NCBI RefSeq assembly: GCF_006345805.1
Contig: NC_043003.1
Span: forward strand, 18,910,001 to 18,974,000
Reading direction: 5' to 3'
DNA length: 64,000 nt
Source of the DNA: Octopus sinensis
Taxonomy: Eukaryota
How positions within the stretch are numbered: the first letter of the stretch is position 1; the number at the start of each line of letters is the position of its first letter. The notes beneath the pieces were generated by a model. That model did not search any database. It was given only the letters and a program-made list of their open reading frames with translations, and had not been told where the DNA came from. Shown here piece after piece: positions 1 to 13,321 of the stretch. The position numbers and the translations under genes were made by a program.

Positions 1-279
1 TTGATGGGTCAGTTGGTAATATTGGCTAAATAATTGTATTTCTCCCGTCACTGCTTCTTATCTGTTGCTACAGTTTACTTCACTTCTAGACTGAATAAAC
101 ATTTGTATCTAACTACATTATTTGTGTACACATGTACACATCTATCTTTTGCTTAATAATTAACATTCTCTTTTTTTTTTGTTGTTGCTTGTTTTAAACT
201 CAGCAGGTTAGATTTTGTTGGGTTTTTTTTTTTTTTCTCCAGTTTTCCTCCTATGCATTTTTGGGGCAAAGAAATATAT

Positions 280-560
280 TCAGATCAGGTATGGGGACAT
301 GTGTTGTTGCAGTGTGTCACTGCGTCCACCGGTCACCAGTAATCTGCTTGGGTCATCCCAGGCAAATCTCCTAACAGTGTCCCAGTCAGTCCCTATCTCC
401 GAAAGATATATCCCCATCCATCATGACCGTGAGGCATGTGGCCAACCAACACAAGCCATCACCCCAACTGGATCCTCACAGAAGAGAACACAGTACACAG
501 GATCCAGCTCAGTAAATGTTACAGGGCAACCCTGCTTCTGTTGAAGCCATAACAGAATAT
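280..560 (-). mobile_element. RTE-type LINE 3' end, degenerate
   Basis: Minus-strand translation gives FTELDPVYCVLFCEDP..GWPH.. and, after a frameshift, VDAVTHCNNTCPHT*, resembling the RTE ORF C-terminus (DPAHRIL..EDP..GRPR..VDAATRC). Confidence 0.6.
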
Positions 561-689
561 AACTACCACAGTCTGTAAAGTGGTTAGCAAACAAGTGGAG
601 ATTACATAGGGTCTAAAAGGTTTCTTTAGTCTTGTCAAGGACACAGCTACCTTTCTAGTGTAAGTGCTATGATAAAATATGCACCCAGT

Positions 690-950
690 CATGTGATCAC
701 ATGACCCACCTGGCTATCAGGTGTTGTTACACATCGCTTGTCACAATGCACTTTTGCATTGTTTTAGCCTTCAAATAATGCCATCCCAATGGCTAGGCGA
801 GGCAGGCCAACATTCCCACTGATTGAAATGGAGGCTGGAGCAATGTGAAATGAAATGTTTTGCTCAAGAACACAACACACCGCCCAGTCAGGGAATTGAA
901 CCCGTGATCTAGCTATCATGCGTGCAACAGCTTAACCACTAGGCCATGCA
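690..950 (-). mobile_element. tRNA-derived SINE (family D-related), degenerate
   Basis: Left part is the reverse complement of the 3' part of the SINE at 11723-12025; tRNA-like head (atggcctagtggttaag..ggttcaattcc) at the right end. Confidence 0.6.
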
Positions 951-2099
951 TCCAGCACACTATGTAAAGTGTTTGGTGATAAGAAGGGCATTTCAAACTT
1001 ATAATCGAGTTCAAAAGGAAATATACTAGCAAAATGTAATCCTCCAACCTCTCTTAGTGGGCAGCAATTCCCAAATAAGAACTGACTCAGTCTGTGACAA
1101 CCTGCCAACCCATTCTAGTTTGGAAAGCAGGTGCAAAACAACAAAGTTGTATTATAGAAATGTAAAGTTGACTCCAGTATTCGGTTGGCACTTATTTTGG
1201 TGAGCCTAAAAGGTGAAAAAAAATAAATATATAAATGCGCCCTTTTAAAGCCTAGCCAGGCTCATGGGCCTGGTTTCTATGGCGTATGTGTTCCCCCTGC
1301 TGGACAGGACGCCAGTCCATCGCAGCGTTACTCATTTTTGCCAGCTGAATGGACTGGAGCAACGATAGGAAAAGGAGAGGAAGGAGAGAGAGTTAGATAG
1401 ATACACTTACTAGATTGGGAGAGAAATAGATGGTGAAGGAGATGCATTAGAACATACCCACAAAGTACAGTGGGGGGAACATAAATAGTACAAAGAGGAT
1501 ACAGGGTTTCATAAGAGTGTGTAGGAAGATGTCTAGAGAGGGCGCCTTCATTTATTTTTACACTTTTTCAAAGACATGCACAAACTAAGGCAGATGAAAC
1601 TGATAGATTAGAGTTGTATGAGATATTATTTTTACAGCCTTACATTTCTGAATTGAAATACTATCAAGCATATCTTTAGCGTTCACTATCATTATTTTGT
1701 GGTTGAATAAAATAAGGTGAACTTGAGTAACCAGCGCTTTGCAATTTAATCAAAGTGTTGATAGTAATACAGTGTCTTTTTTATGACTTGTCAGTTCAAA
1801 AGATATTTTGTATGTTAGATAAACTGAAGTAGAGTTTTTTCTTTGTCAAGGTTTGTCATTATTGGGACACAAATATTTTTAATAATTGTTGCGTGAGAAC
1901 AGGTGAAAAAGCTTTATGGTTAGATATTGAGACAGTTCAGAGAACAACCATAAAAACTTCATGATGCATTTATGTAAATAAGAGAATTTTTCTGGTGAAA
2001 ACTAAACTTCACAGCATTTTTAAAATATTTTAATTCATCAAAATATTTTCTGGGCCATCCTGTACAACAAATGGGGACACATAACTTACCTGTCAACTG

Positions 2100-2219
2100 C
2101 TGTCTTCTCTAACCTAATTACTGGTGGATGTGAATGCTTTGAACTCATTGTAGCCAGAGTAAAAGTAAGATGGAAAAATTTCGAAGAGCTATTACCCCTC
2201 TTAGCAGCAATAATGGGAT

Positions 2220-2225
<6 letters not shown>
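2100..2225 (+). mobile_element. RTE-type LINE RT C-terminal remnant
   Basis: Translates LITGGCECFELIVARVKVRWKNFEELLPLLAAIMGFSL, matching the RTE motif GGC..VARVR.GWKKFRELLPLL; runs into a (CT)n tract. Confidence 0.65.

Positions 2226-2293
<68 letters not shown>
2221..2293. repeat. (CT)n microsatellite
   Basis: Directly visible. Confidence 0.95.
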
Positions 2294-2296
<3 letters not shown>

Positions 2297-2859
2297 TCCA
2301 CTTCCCCGTCCCCCGTGTTGTATTGTGCTTGTGTAAAAAATGTGACTGCATAATAGTGAAATATTGATTTCAAATTTTAGCACCAGGCCAGCAAGCTTAG
2401 GTGGGTAAGATCATTGCATGACCCCAGTGCTCAACTGGTATTTATTTTATCAATCCCAAAAGAATGAAAGGCAATTTGAACTCAGAACATAAAGATGGAC
2501 AAAATGTCACTAAGCATTTTGCCTGGCTTGCCAATGGTTCAGCCAGCTCACTGCCTCAGTAGCGAAATATTTATTTCGAACTTTAGCACTAAGGCCAGCA
2601 ATTCCAGGGAGAGGGATTGTCAATTATATTGATGCCAGAACTCAACTGGCACTTATTTTTATCAATGTCAAAAGGATGAAAGGCACAATCAAACACAGCA
2701 GAATTTGAACTCAGAACATACAGATGAACAAAATGCTGCTGAGCCTTTTGCCTGGTGTGCTAACGATTCTGCCAGCTCACCACCCTATATAGTAGTAAAA
2801 TATTAACATTGAATTTAGAGGATGTATAAAGGTTGAAAAGAAATCAGGTGAGTATGCAG

Positions 2860-3090
2860 TGAACTGGCAGAAACGTTAGCACGCCAGGTGAAATACTTAG
2901 TGGTATTTCATTTGTCTTTGCGTTCTGAGTTCAAATTCCGCTGAGGTCAACTTTGCCTTTCATCCTTTCGGGGTCGATAAATTAAGTACCAGTTACGCAC
3001 TGGGGTATATGTAATCGACTTAATCCCTTTGTCTTTCCTTGTTTGTCCCCTCTATGTTTAACCCCTTGTGGGCAATAAAGAAATAAGAAA
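2860..3090 (+). mobile_element. tRNA-derived SINE family B
   Basis: A box (ctggcagaaacgttag), B box (gagttcaaattcc) and conserved core gactttgcctttcatcctttcggggtcgataaattaagtacc; degenerate minus-strand copies at 2385-2785. Confidence 0.85.
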
Positions 3091-3099
3091 TCAGGTGAG

Positions 3100-3420
3100 T
3101 ATACTCTGCCCATGTCCATGCGCCATGAATAACAGCAAAAATGAGCTCGGGGAAAATATTGGGTGTAAAATGAACCGTCTGCATTGTGCAACAGTGTAGA
3201 CTTAAACTGTGCCGATATGCAAATTGGATGCATATGGAAGATAACAGGTAAAGTAGTGCCAAGTGGAAGGAGTCTAAAGCTGAGGAAGATGTAAGATATG
3301 GGTAAAGGCAGATCTCTAATTGCTGAACCTCATGAAGATGACAATGGACTACAATAAGCTGTGAGATGCCATGCTGGATAAAACCCATTCAACTTATGCA
3401 AGCACAGAGAAACATAGAAT
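3100..3420 (+). mobile_element. RTE-type LINE 3' remnant (likely continuation of 2100-2225)
   Basis: Degenerate ELGEILGV..VQQCRL..VKADL motifs ending in a (GAT)n tail. Confidence 0.45.
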
Positions 3421-3491
3421 GATGATGATGATGACAACAACAATGTTGTCATCAATGTCATCTCTACATACTCTGAATTCAAATTTTGTTA

Positions 3492-3866
3492 ACTGGCTTC
3501 TGTGGCGGTGGCGTGTAAAAAGCACCATTTGAGTGTAATTGTTACCAGTAACATTTGACTAGCCTTACTGGCACATGAAAAAACGTTCGAGTGAGGTGAT
3601 TGCCAGTGCCGCTGGACTGGCTCCTGTGCAGGTTGCATGTAAAAATCACCATTTGAGCATGGCCATTGCCAATACTGCCTGACTGGCCTTCATGCCGGTG
3701 TCATGTAAAAGCACCCACTACACTCTTGGAGTGATTGGCGTTAGGAAGGGCATCCAGCTGTAGAAACTTGGAGCCTGGTGCAGCCATCTGGTTTGCCAGT
3801 CCTCACTCAAATCGTCCAACCCATGCTAGCATGGAAAGCGGACGTTAAATGATGATGATGATGATG
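3492..3866 (+). mobile_element. Family C repeat (RTE-type 3' tail, (GAT)n end, internal ~70-bp subrepeats)
   Basis: gcacccactacactc..gttaggaagggcatccagctgtagaaac..catggaaagcggacgttaaa(tga)n; recurs at ~10273-10550, 14580-14924, 17140-17396, 18870-19190, 25630-25906, 36412-36650 and 60180-60405. Confidence 0.85.
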
Positions 3867-5351
3867 TTGTCTCTGCTTTTCATTTCCCTGATGTTGATGA
3901 GATAAGTAGCAAGTAGTGACCACACTCTTCTATAACTATTTGTTGAACAGGGGGTAATTCAAGAAATCATTATGTTTATGGGTGCAGAAAGTACTAATTA
4001 AGGAAATGTTCGTTATTTTGTCAAGAGCATTGGAGTTGGTACTAAACAGAAGTGCCTGAATTGCACTTATTGTTGTAGTGTATGTTGTATTTGATGGCAT
4101 TATAGAAGCTTGAACATATTAGACATGTGCCAATTTCAGCAGTGCATATTCAAGAAAAAAGTTTTTAGTGTATTAAAGCATGTAATATAAGGCCCAACTT
4201 TGCAAAAGGACCCAGGGTGAGATTTTTTTTTTAAGACTTTTTTTCTTTGTAGGGAGTGCATCTTATATGCCATCAAATAAGGTAGTCTTGAACCTAAAAG
4301 TTGCAAGTTCAAACTGCACCAGGGAAGACTTTGCCTTTCATCTCTCCAGGAGTCAGTGATCAATAGAACAGGCTCTGTTTAGCATACTATGGTGAAATTA
4401 TTTCACTATACTGTCTTCCCTTACAAGGTTGGCATTGTGCCTAGTCAATCAGAAAGGACATTACTGAGAGGAAAAATATATTGGCTTGATATCATTAAAA
4501 ATAAATAAATTCCTATTATCAGAAACCTTTCAGTATAATATTTTATGTAAAAACAAAAATGAAACAAAATTTCATTGCTTCATAGATTTTAGGTCAACCA
4601 GATAATAACAACAACATTATTATATTCGTTTATTTGGTTAGTACATTTTGTATTTGTGTTACTACTCTAAGCCCTATTCTTTTACCAACCATAAAAGAAT
4701 GCTGAATTCAATGACCTGAGTAAAACATGAGAATTTCGAAATAGCTCTTTCTTTGTTTAAACATTGGAAATTATTTAAATTAAATTATATCAGAAAGCAA
4801 TGTTCATTGTTACCAGTAAGACATTAACTGACAATCATGTGAATTTGATTTCAGTGTTTATCTGGAAATGAAATTTTTATCTTTTGTATCTCCTATGTGT
4901 CCTTTAAAGAAAGTTGCTGAAATTGCTTTAAAAAAATTAATAATTTCTCCCTTTAGTTCTATAGTTTTTCAAGGTAAAACTCTATATTCAAGAATAATGT
5001 GTATTCAGTTAAATTACCTAGTTTAATATTGTTGTCGATGGTATTTTATTTCATAAATTATTTTATATATCCACAACTGAAGAAAATAAAGTTGACAGTT
5101 GACCTTAACAATACTATTGAAAATTATTATTACCATCATCGTCATTTAATGTCTACTTTTCTGTGCTTGCAATGAGCCACACGGAATTTAATCAGGCAGA
5201 TTTTCAATGGTTAGATGTCTGTCCTGTCATCAACCCTTTCCTGTTTTCAAGTAAGGTAATATTTCCCCGTTGCTGGACCTTTTTCACTGAAGTCTGGAAA
5301 CAAACAACACGCTCAGTTATAACTATCACAAGATGTCAAGACAAGGATGTA

Positions 5352-5585
5352 CCTATTTCTTTACTACCCACAAGGGGCTACACACAGAGGGGACAAACAA
5401 GGACAGACAAACGGATTAAGTTGATTACTTCGACCCCGGTGCGTAACTGGTACTTAGTTTATCGACCCCGAAAGGATGAAAAGCAAAGTCGACCTTGGCG
5501 GAATTTGAACTCAGAACGTAACAGCAGACGAAATACTGCTAAGCATTTCACCCAGCGTGCTAATGTTTCTGCCAGCTCGCCGCCA
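5352..5585 (-). mobile_element. SINE family B
   Basis: Near-exact reverse complement of the family B copies. Confidence 0.9.
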
Positions 5586-6396
5586 ATAGACAAGGGTATT
5601 CCCCAACATATGTGCAATGGGCTCCTTTCAGTTTCTATCTGTCAAATACAGTCACATGGTTTTGGTCATCCTGGAGCTATGGTAGAAGACACTTGTCCAA
5701 GGTGCTGTGCAGTGAGACTGAACCTGAAATCATGTATTTGGGAAGCAAACTTCTTAATCACACATTTAGGAAGGAGGGCAGTAGCCATAACTTTTTCAAG
5801 GCCTCCAAGATAGGTGGAAGAAAGGGTCAGAGGGTATTCTCAAACTGGAGATCTGACCCAAGGACTTACCACAAAGGGAACTTCTATCTAAGATGTCAGG
5901 TAGTGGTGTTGAATAAAATGACTCAGTTTATCACCCAAATAGGGATGGCAGGATTTGAACTCAGATCACAAGGAACAGGAACAAGTATCACAAGGCATCT
6001 GGTCAGACATTCTTACACTTCTATTAGTTAAATGTCCTGTGTTGGTACTCTTTTCATCAGCCTTTGAAAGAATGAATGACAAACTTGATGTTGGTAGCAT
6101 TTGAACTCAGAACGAAGACATTCAGAACAAATTCTATCCACTGCTCTAACAACTCAGCTATTTCTCTGTCTATTGTGAAGTATTGAAGTAGATACTAGAA
6201 AGAAATTTATCAGGCTTATCCCAGCATTTTTCCCTAAGAGTAGGTTAATATTTCATACTTAGTCTTCATTTTATCTCTTTGCCATAAGTATTCTCTATCA
6301 TGTTACTTGTACACCTAGTGTATGCATTATTATTACAGTTGTATCAACTGCTGTATAGATTATACACTGATATGTGAATCAGATTGTGTATAGTTC

Positions 6397-6760
6397 TATA
6401 TTTAAGAGATGAGGAATTATGTACATTATTTACAATTGATGGATATTTGTCCTTATCTTGTTTGTCGTTAACACATTTCAGCAGATATACCCTCCAGCTT
6501 TCATCAGGTCTCTTGGGGAAAATTTCGAACCTGGGTTCTCATTCCTAAGGTATTCTTCGATGTTGTTGTTATTATTATTATTATTCAGGTCATTGCCTGG
6601 AATCGAACTCAGAATCTTGGGGTTAGTAGTCCATGTTCTTAACAACTACGCCATATGCCCACGGGCATATGACGTACTGGTTAGGGTATATCAGCTGAAA
6701 CGTTGTGTTAACAACAAACAAGATGAGGACAAATATCCATCAATTGTAAATAATGTAAAA
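6397..6760 (-). mobile_element. tRNA-headed repeat with hammerhead-like motif; head-to-head inverted partial dimer
   Basis: Minus strand: tRNA-like head 6660-6590 (tggcgtagttgtta, gagttcgattcc), then CTGATGA-aagctg..ctgct-GAAA at 6507-6476. 6421-6493 is inverted relative to 6683-6757. Confidence 0.65.
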
Positions 6761-8148
6761 AATGTACAGAATGTATATATTCACCTTTAACCCTTTTGAA
6801 ACTGACCCATCTTAGATTGCTGCTTCTTCTTTTATTCCATAATACAAAACAACCCTTATTTAAAATGACTGTATTTAAACCAGCCATATCCGGTTAAAGC
6901 ATTCTGCCTGTTTTATGTTCAAACTGGCCAGATCTGGCTTCTCACACCAACCCTACAATATCATTCTAAAAATTAACAGGTACCTCATCAAAATCTCATA
7001 GCTACAAGATAATGCATGGTTAGTTCAAAACCATGTGAATAAAAAAGTATTACTTATGACAGAATAATGTGAATACTAAAGGGTTAGGTAAAACCTTTTG
7101 TCAATATTTTATCGAGGACCTTTTTTGTTAATTTATGTTCCAAGCACCAACTTCATAATGGAAAAGCGTTTATTTGTTGAAATAAACATCAGAGATGCTT
7201 TACTTCACACAGAAACTGCAGGAGCTACTCAGAGGTTTTGCAATCTTTCTGGAATCCATCGCAATGTTGGAAATCCTTTGATGTCATCAGCGGGTATCTC
7301 AGGGTGACAAGTGCTTCATCCTTTAGCCTGTACACTTCACCTTAATAGTATAGTGAGGACTAAATTAGTCTTTGCTTGCAGAAGGGTTCTACTTGTGGTC
7401 TTTCATAAACTTGTAAACAATAGCCAGCTTGAGCTCTCAGTTGTTGAATATTTTCAAAATTAATTTAAACAGATGGACCAGTATGTTACTTTTAAAATGT
7501 GGTCCTGAATGGACTTGAAAGGTCATCTATTAATTACTGTACGTTGCCAAACCTTAAAATTTGGTATACACTAATAGACCTCTCAGCAAATTTCTGTGGT
7601 AAGTTATATTGTCTATGTGATACCCCATAAGTAAGACAGGATTTAGACATGTTTTATGTTCTAACATCTTATAAACCTTATCATCATTAAACCTTACTGC
7701 ATGGGAACCAAGTATACTTGGCTCCATATATCTGCACTTGAAATACAGGAACCAAGTTCAGTCATGTTTGATATAGAGGGGTACATTCCAGAATTCTTCA
7801 CATTTCATATCATGTTGTATGCACTTTTTTTTTTTTTTTTAACTGGCCATTAGAAATAGATTATGAGAACTGGTTTGCATATGATTAGCATATTATACCA
7901 TCAGCAGTAATTTAATCAGCACAGTGAAGGTTGACACTTACATTACCAGTAAGGCAGCTCTATCAACAATGTGGGGCTGCTCTCCAATTACAGAAATACA
8001 TTGCTTGAGCTTCGTTTCTTTTTCATGTCTCAAATTGGTGTTTCACAATATAGGATTAAATTCCATGTGTTGTGTAATGTTACATTTACTTGGTAGCAAT
8101 CGTAGCCCCAACACAGAGTGCTACCTCTGTCTCTCTTTTTTTTATTAT

Positions 8149-8533
8149 TATTTGTTTCAGTCATTTGACTACAGCCATGCTGGAGCACTGCCTTTAGTCG
8201 AGCAAATCGACCCCAGGACTTATTCTTTGTAAACCTAGTACTTATTCTATCGGCCTCTTTTGCCGAACTGCTAAGTTACGGTGATGTAAACACACCACCA
8301 TCGGTTGTCAAACGATGTTGTGGGGACAAACACAGACACACAAACACACACATATATATACATATACACAACGGGTTTCTTTCAGTTTCCATCTACCAAA
8401 TCCATTCACAAGTCTTTGGTCAGCCCGAGGCTATAATAGAAGACACTTACCCAGGGTGCTACACAGTGGGACTGAACCCAGAACCATGTGGTTGGTAAGC
8501 AAGCTACTTACCACACAGCCACTCCTGCACCTA
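8149..8533 (-). mobile_element. tRNA-derived SINE family A (CORE-like), full length
   Basis: Head ggagtggctgtgtggtaagtagcttgc..ggttcagtccc, CORE-like caccctgggtaagtgtcttct, central (TA/TG)n tract, tail ending actgaaacaa. Confidence 0.9.
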
Positions 8534-9030
8534 TTTTATTATTTGATATCTTCTATTTTTCTAGTGCAATGTCAGTTTCTTTTATATTCTTGTTTCACTC
8601 ATCGAGCTGTGGCCATGCTAGGGCACCAGCTCGAAGGGTTCTGATCAAACAAATCAACCCTAGTACTTTTTTTTTAAACTCTGGTATTGGTCTTCTGCCA
8701 AACCGCTGAGTTATGGGGATATAAACCAACCAACATCAGTTGTCAGGCTTTTGTGGGGAACACACACAGAAATATTTGTAGCAGGCTTCCACACAGTTTT
8801 TGTATCCCAAATTCACTCACAAAGCATCAAGGTATTAGCTAGCCTAGTGCTATTGTAGAAGACACTTGTTGAAGTTGTCACACAATAGGACTGAACCCAA
8901 AATCCCAGAGTTGTAAAGCAGGATTGTTAACCACACAGTTTGCCTCCTTGCCCATCTTAAATTCTATGATTACTATTGTAAAATAAAGCACTTGAAGCTA
9001 ACTAGATGGTGTATTGATTAAACCAAAGAA

Positions 9031-9395
9031 AAGTAGCTTGCTTCCAAACCACATGGTTCCGGGTTCAGTCCCACTGCGTGGCACCTTGGGTAAATGTCTT
9101 CTATAGCCTCGGGCTCACCACAAAGCCTTGTGAGTGGATTTGGTAGACGGAAACTGAAAGAAGCCCGTTGTATATATGTATGTATATATGTTTGTGTGTC
9201 TGTGTTTGTCCCCCCAACATCGCTTGACAACCGATGCTGGTGTGTTTACGTCCCTGTAACTTAGCGGTTCAGCAAAAGAGACCGATAGAATAAGTACTAG
9301 GCTTACAAAGAATATGTCAATTTGCTCGACTAAAGGTAGTGCTCCAGCATGGCCACAGTCAAATGACCGAAACAAATAAAAGAGTAAAAAGAGTA
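9031..9395 (+). mobile_element. SINE family A
   Basis: Same consensus, 5' end slightly truncated. Confidence 0.9.
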
Positions 9396-10549
9396 TGAAA
9401 CTGTATGAATTTAATGCATTTATTCTCTGTGTGTGTATGTGTGTATTTGAGTATATATCTCTTGATAACACTAAAATGATATGGTGTTTATAAACAAGGT
9501 GAAAAATCTAACATTAAAGAAGAAATGATCTCATATCTTTCACTTGAGTGCAAAGTCAAAATAACATTCCTCTTTATTTTTTTTATTGTAACCTGTTTAC
9601 TCAGTATTTATTTATTAGGATGTTTTTGATGGGATTTTTAATGCATTTGTGTCTATGTGTACAAGGTTATGCTTATTGTGTGAGCAACACTCCACTGGTT
9701 GTGCTGGAATGTAGAAGATATTAGAATATTATAAACACATATTTGAAGTAGTGATGAGCAACAGGACCACTGATAGCATTTGAACCATGTATCTGTTGCT
9801 TACTTTAGGGATCCCCAACCACCATGCCACAAACCAGTGCCAAACCCATAGATCATTTGGTACTGGACTTCATTTATCTCTTACTTGTTTCAGCCATTAG
9901 ACTGTGGCCATACTGGAGCACTGCCTCAAATTTTTTTTTAGTCAAATGGATCAACTCCAGTACTTATTGTTATCTTAAACCTGGTACTTATTCTGTCATT
10001 CTCTTTTGCCAAACTGCTAAGTTACAGGGATGTTAGACACCAACACTTGTTGGTGGTGGGGTACAGACATATATGTACATATGCCGAAGTTATTTTATTT
10101 AATTCTTCCTTGTTTTAAGAATTAATTGAAATAAAGGCAAACCATTTTAATAGAAATAAGGTGACAAAAGGGTTAAATTTGGTTAAGTCAAAGTATAAGA
10201 TATCTAAAAGTTTTGTTAGTGTTTTCTCTCCTCATTTCTCTTTTTTTTAATAAAATTTTTTCTGCACCAGAAGACGTTTGGCATTATGTCGTACTTGAGA
10301 AGACCCATCAAGCCGAGCAAAATAGCAGTCGTAGCAGATATTGGTGTCATACAAATGGCACCTGTACTAGTGACACATAAAAACACCCATTACACTCTCA
10401 GAGTGGTTGGCATTAGGAAGGACATCCAGCCATAGAAACCATGCCAAATCAGACTAGAGTCTGGGGCAGCCTTCCAGCGTGTCAGCCCAGTCAAACCATC
10501 CAACTCATGCCAGCATGGCCAACGAACGTTAAATGATGATTATAGTGAT

Positions 10550-10587
<38 letters not shown>

Positions 10588-10774
10588 TAGTAAATGGTAC
10601 AACAAGGTACCAATATTTACTGGAAAATAGCAATCGATATAAATACGACGCTATTGTATAGCTTCACTGCGTATTTACTAGCAAAGACGTGTGTGTACCA
10701 TTTATCTACTTTTATATGTATACTTTTACCCTTATTGGGCTATCCTTTACTGGGAAGTAATACATTTGTATTGC

Positions 10775-10805
<31 letters not shown>

Positions 10806-11554
10806 ATGGGCTTCATTTAGTTTCTGTCTATCAAATCCACTCACAAGGCTTTGGTCAGCCTAAAGCTATAGTAGAAGACACTTGCCCAAGGTGCCATGCA
10901 GTGGGACTGAACCTGGAACCATGTGGTTGGGAATCAAACTTCTTACCACACAGCTATGCTTGCACAGAAAGAATATGTTTTTTTAATTTATGTCTATTTT
11001 ATTGATTATTGCAGTCTGCAGGGTGTTTATGCATTATATATATATTATATATGTAATACATATCTGTTGTATATATAATAATTAAATTATACATTATGCA
11101 CTTTGTTTTTTTTATTATACATGTGATCCCTCAGTCTGCGGGGAAAATTGTCTCACATGAAACCAGTCAGTGGTGCAAAAAAGACTGGGGCCACTGCTTT
11201 ACTGGTAAGATTATTGTTCACGTGGTTGTCCATCAAGCAGATGGACACAGATTCATGGTTTCTGTCTTATTAAGCTTGTTTCTTTTACGTCTCAAATTAA
11301 TCTGCTTCTTCATCATTTTTGCACATGCTGGCAAAGGTTGGTCAGCTAACCTTCCTGATGCCTAACCCTCTATGTCTTCTCATAACAAACCACTGCTGGA
11401 TGTTTTGCTTATCGGAGATGTAAACAATAACACCACCAAAATGTTATCAAGCAAAGACATGCAAATACAAACATGCATGCATGCACACACATAATGGTCT
11501 TCATACAGTTTCTCTGTACCAATTTCTCAAGACATTCATCAGTCTGAGGTCATT

Positions 11555-12023
11555 CTCTTTACTCTTTTACTTGTTTCAGTCATATGACTGTGGCCATGCT
11601 GGAGCAGCGCCTTTAGTCGAGCGAATTGACCCCAGGACTTATTCTTTGTAAGCCTAGTTCTTATTCTATCGAGACAAACACAGACACACAAACATATACA
11701 CATACATATATATATATATATATGGAGGCGCAATGGCCCAGTGGTTAGGGCAGCGGACTCGCAGTCATAGGATCACGATTTCGATTCCCAGACCGGGCGT
11801 TGTGAGTGTTTATTGAGCGAAAACACCTAAAGCGCCACGAGGCTCCGGCAGGGGATGGTGGCAAGCCCTGCTGTACTCTTTCGCCACAACTTTCTCTCAC
11901 TCTTTCTTCTGTTGGCCTGCTCGCTTAGCCAGCAGGATGGTGTCATTTGAAGGCTAAAACAATGTGAAGCGCATTGTTACCAGTGATGTGTAACAACATC
12001 TGATAGCCTGGTTGGTCACGGTG

Positions 12024-12058
<35 letters not shown>

Positions 12059-12175
12059 ACACACACACACACACATATATACGACGGGCTTCTTTCAGTT
12101 TCCATCTACCAAATCCACTCACAAGACTTTGGTCGGCCCAGGGCTATAGTAGAAGACACTTGCCAAAGGTGCCAT
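11555..12175 (-). mobile_element. SINE family A interrupted by a family D SINE
   Basis: Tail 11555-11700 and body 12080-12175 flank an insertion in the central (TA)n. Confidence 0.85.
11723..12025 (+). mobile_element. tRNA-derived SINE family D, full length, inside (TA)n
   Basis: ggaggcgcaatggcccagtggttaggg (A box)..tttcgattccc (B box); (TA)n on both sides. Confidence 0.85.
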
Positions 12176-12579
12176 CTAATAGTCATACCCAGAACCAAAA
12201 GTTTTGCCTGTAAATTTTATGATATTTATTATCATTTTCGTTAAAATCTCAACAGTTTATTCATAAACATTGTACAAGTTGTACATTTTCAATAGGTGTA
12301 ACCACTGCAAGACAGAAATTACATTTCCAATACAAGTTTTATGTATTTTCTAAAAAAAGATTATTCTGTCCTTGTGTTGAGGTTAAACAACTGTTTATCT
12401 TTCGAAATGTTATCAAGTATTGAATATTTGTTTATATCTTTGTATCTTTGTCAGAATGGAATACCAAATTCATATCAACATTGTCATAATTGATTTAGTT
12501 TTCGTTAATGAAATAGAACGTCTTGACAGTTTCTGGTTTTGATAGCATAACATACACAAAGAGTGTTTTTTTATAACTT

Positions 12580-12780
12580 ATCTATTATATAAAATCCGTT
12601 CTGTCTGTCTGTGTGTGTCTCCTAGGATCTCAGGCATCCTCCATCCGATTGCGCTCAAATTTGATATGTAGATACCGACAGTATCAGGGCATGTATAAGT
12701 CTTGAAAAAATTACAAAAATCGATTCCAAGTGAGAATGTGATCGATAAAGTCGTGGGAACGTGCATTTGTACGTGCAAGT
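12580..12780 (+). mobile_element. Non-autonomous Helitron-like 5' part
   Basis: Starts a|tctattatataaaa, then (tctg)n and ccgattgcgctcaaatttg, a layout typical of small animal Helitrons. Confidence 0.55.
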
Positions 12781-13021
12781 ACATCAGCTGTTGCAATCGA
12801 TACTATGCGTACGTGAGAAAAATGTACGTGCAGTTTGCGCAAAAAAAGCCGGCTGGCTTGAAATAATGCCCTATTTCAGCCCTATTTTACTCCGTGAGTT
12901 GTATCCTCATAACCATTCAATATCTAAAAATACTTTGTATATTTTTATGATTAATTTTTTACGATTTATGGAGATGTACTTGCATAGCAACTGACCTAAT
13001 CTGAGATTGTGTGCTGAAACC

Positions 13022-13321
13022 AAAACAATTGCAGCATGGAAGGTGTTTATAAGCCATTTAAAAACACACAAAATCTTTTAGATTCACTTCAACATTTAAT
13101 TTTTATTTGGCAAAATATTTCCATCGCTTTGAGACCACGACCTGTTCACCGACAAAATTCCGTGCCATATCTGATGCAGCACAGAATTTTGTCAGTGAAC
13201 AGGTTGCAGTCTCAAAGCGATGAAAATATTTTGGCAAATTAAATTTAAATGTTGAAGTGAATCTAATGATTTTTGTGTTTTTAAATGGCTTATAAACACC
13301 TTCCACGCTGCATTTGTTTTT
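13022..13321. repeat. Fold-back inverted repeat, ~145-bp arms
   Basis: aaaacaattgcagcatggaaggtgtttataagcc.. pairs with ..ggcttataaacaccttccacgctgcatttgtttt; the ORF track shows mirror ORFs (MEGVYKPFKNT) on both strands. Confidence 0.9.

Noticed and set aside
5163-6031. 216-aa and 139-aa ORFs
   Set aside because: They read through adjacent SINE copies; the same peptides recur wherever those SINEs occur.
7098-7330. Short ORF, and a minus-strand IKGFPTL resembling a thioredoxin motif
   Set aside because: Bounded by stops, with no CxxC and no convincing splice sites.
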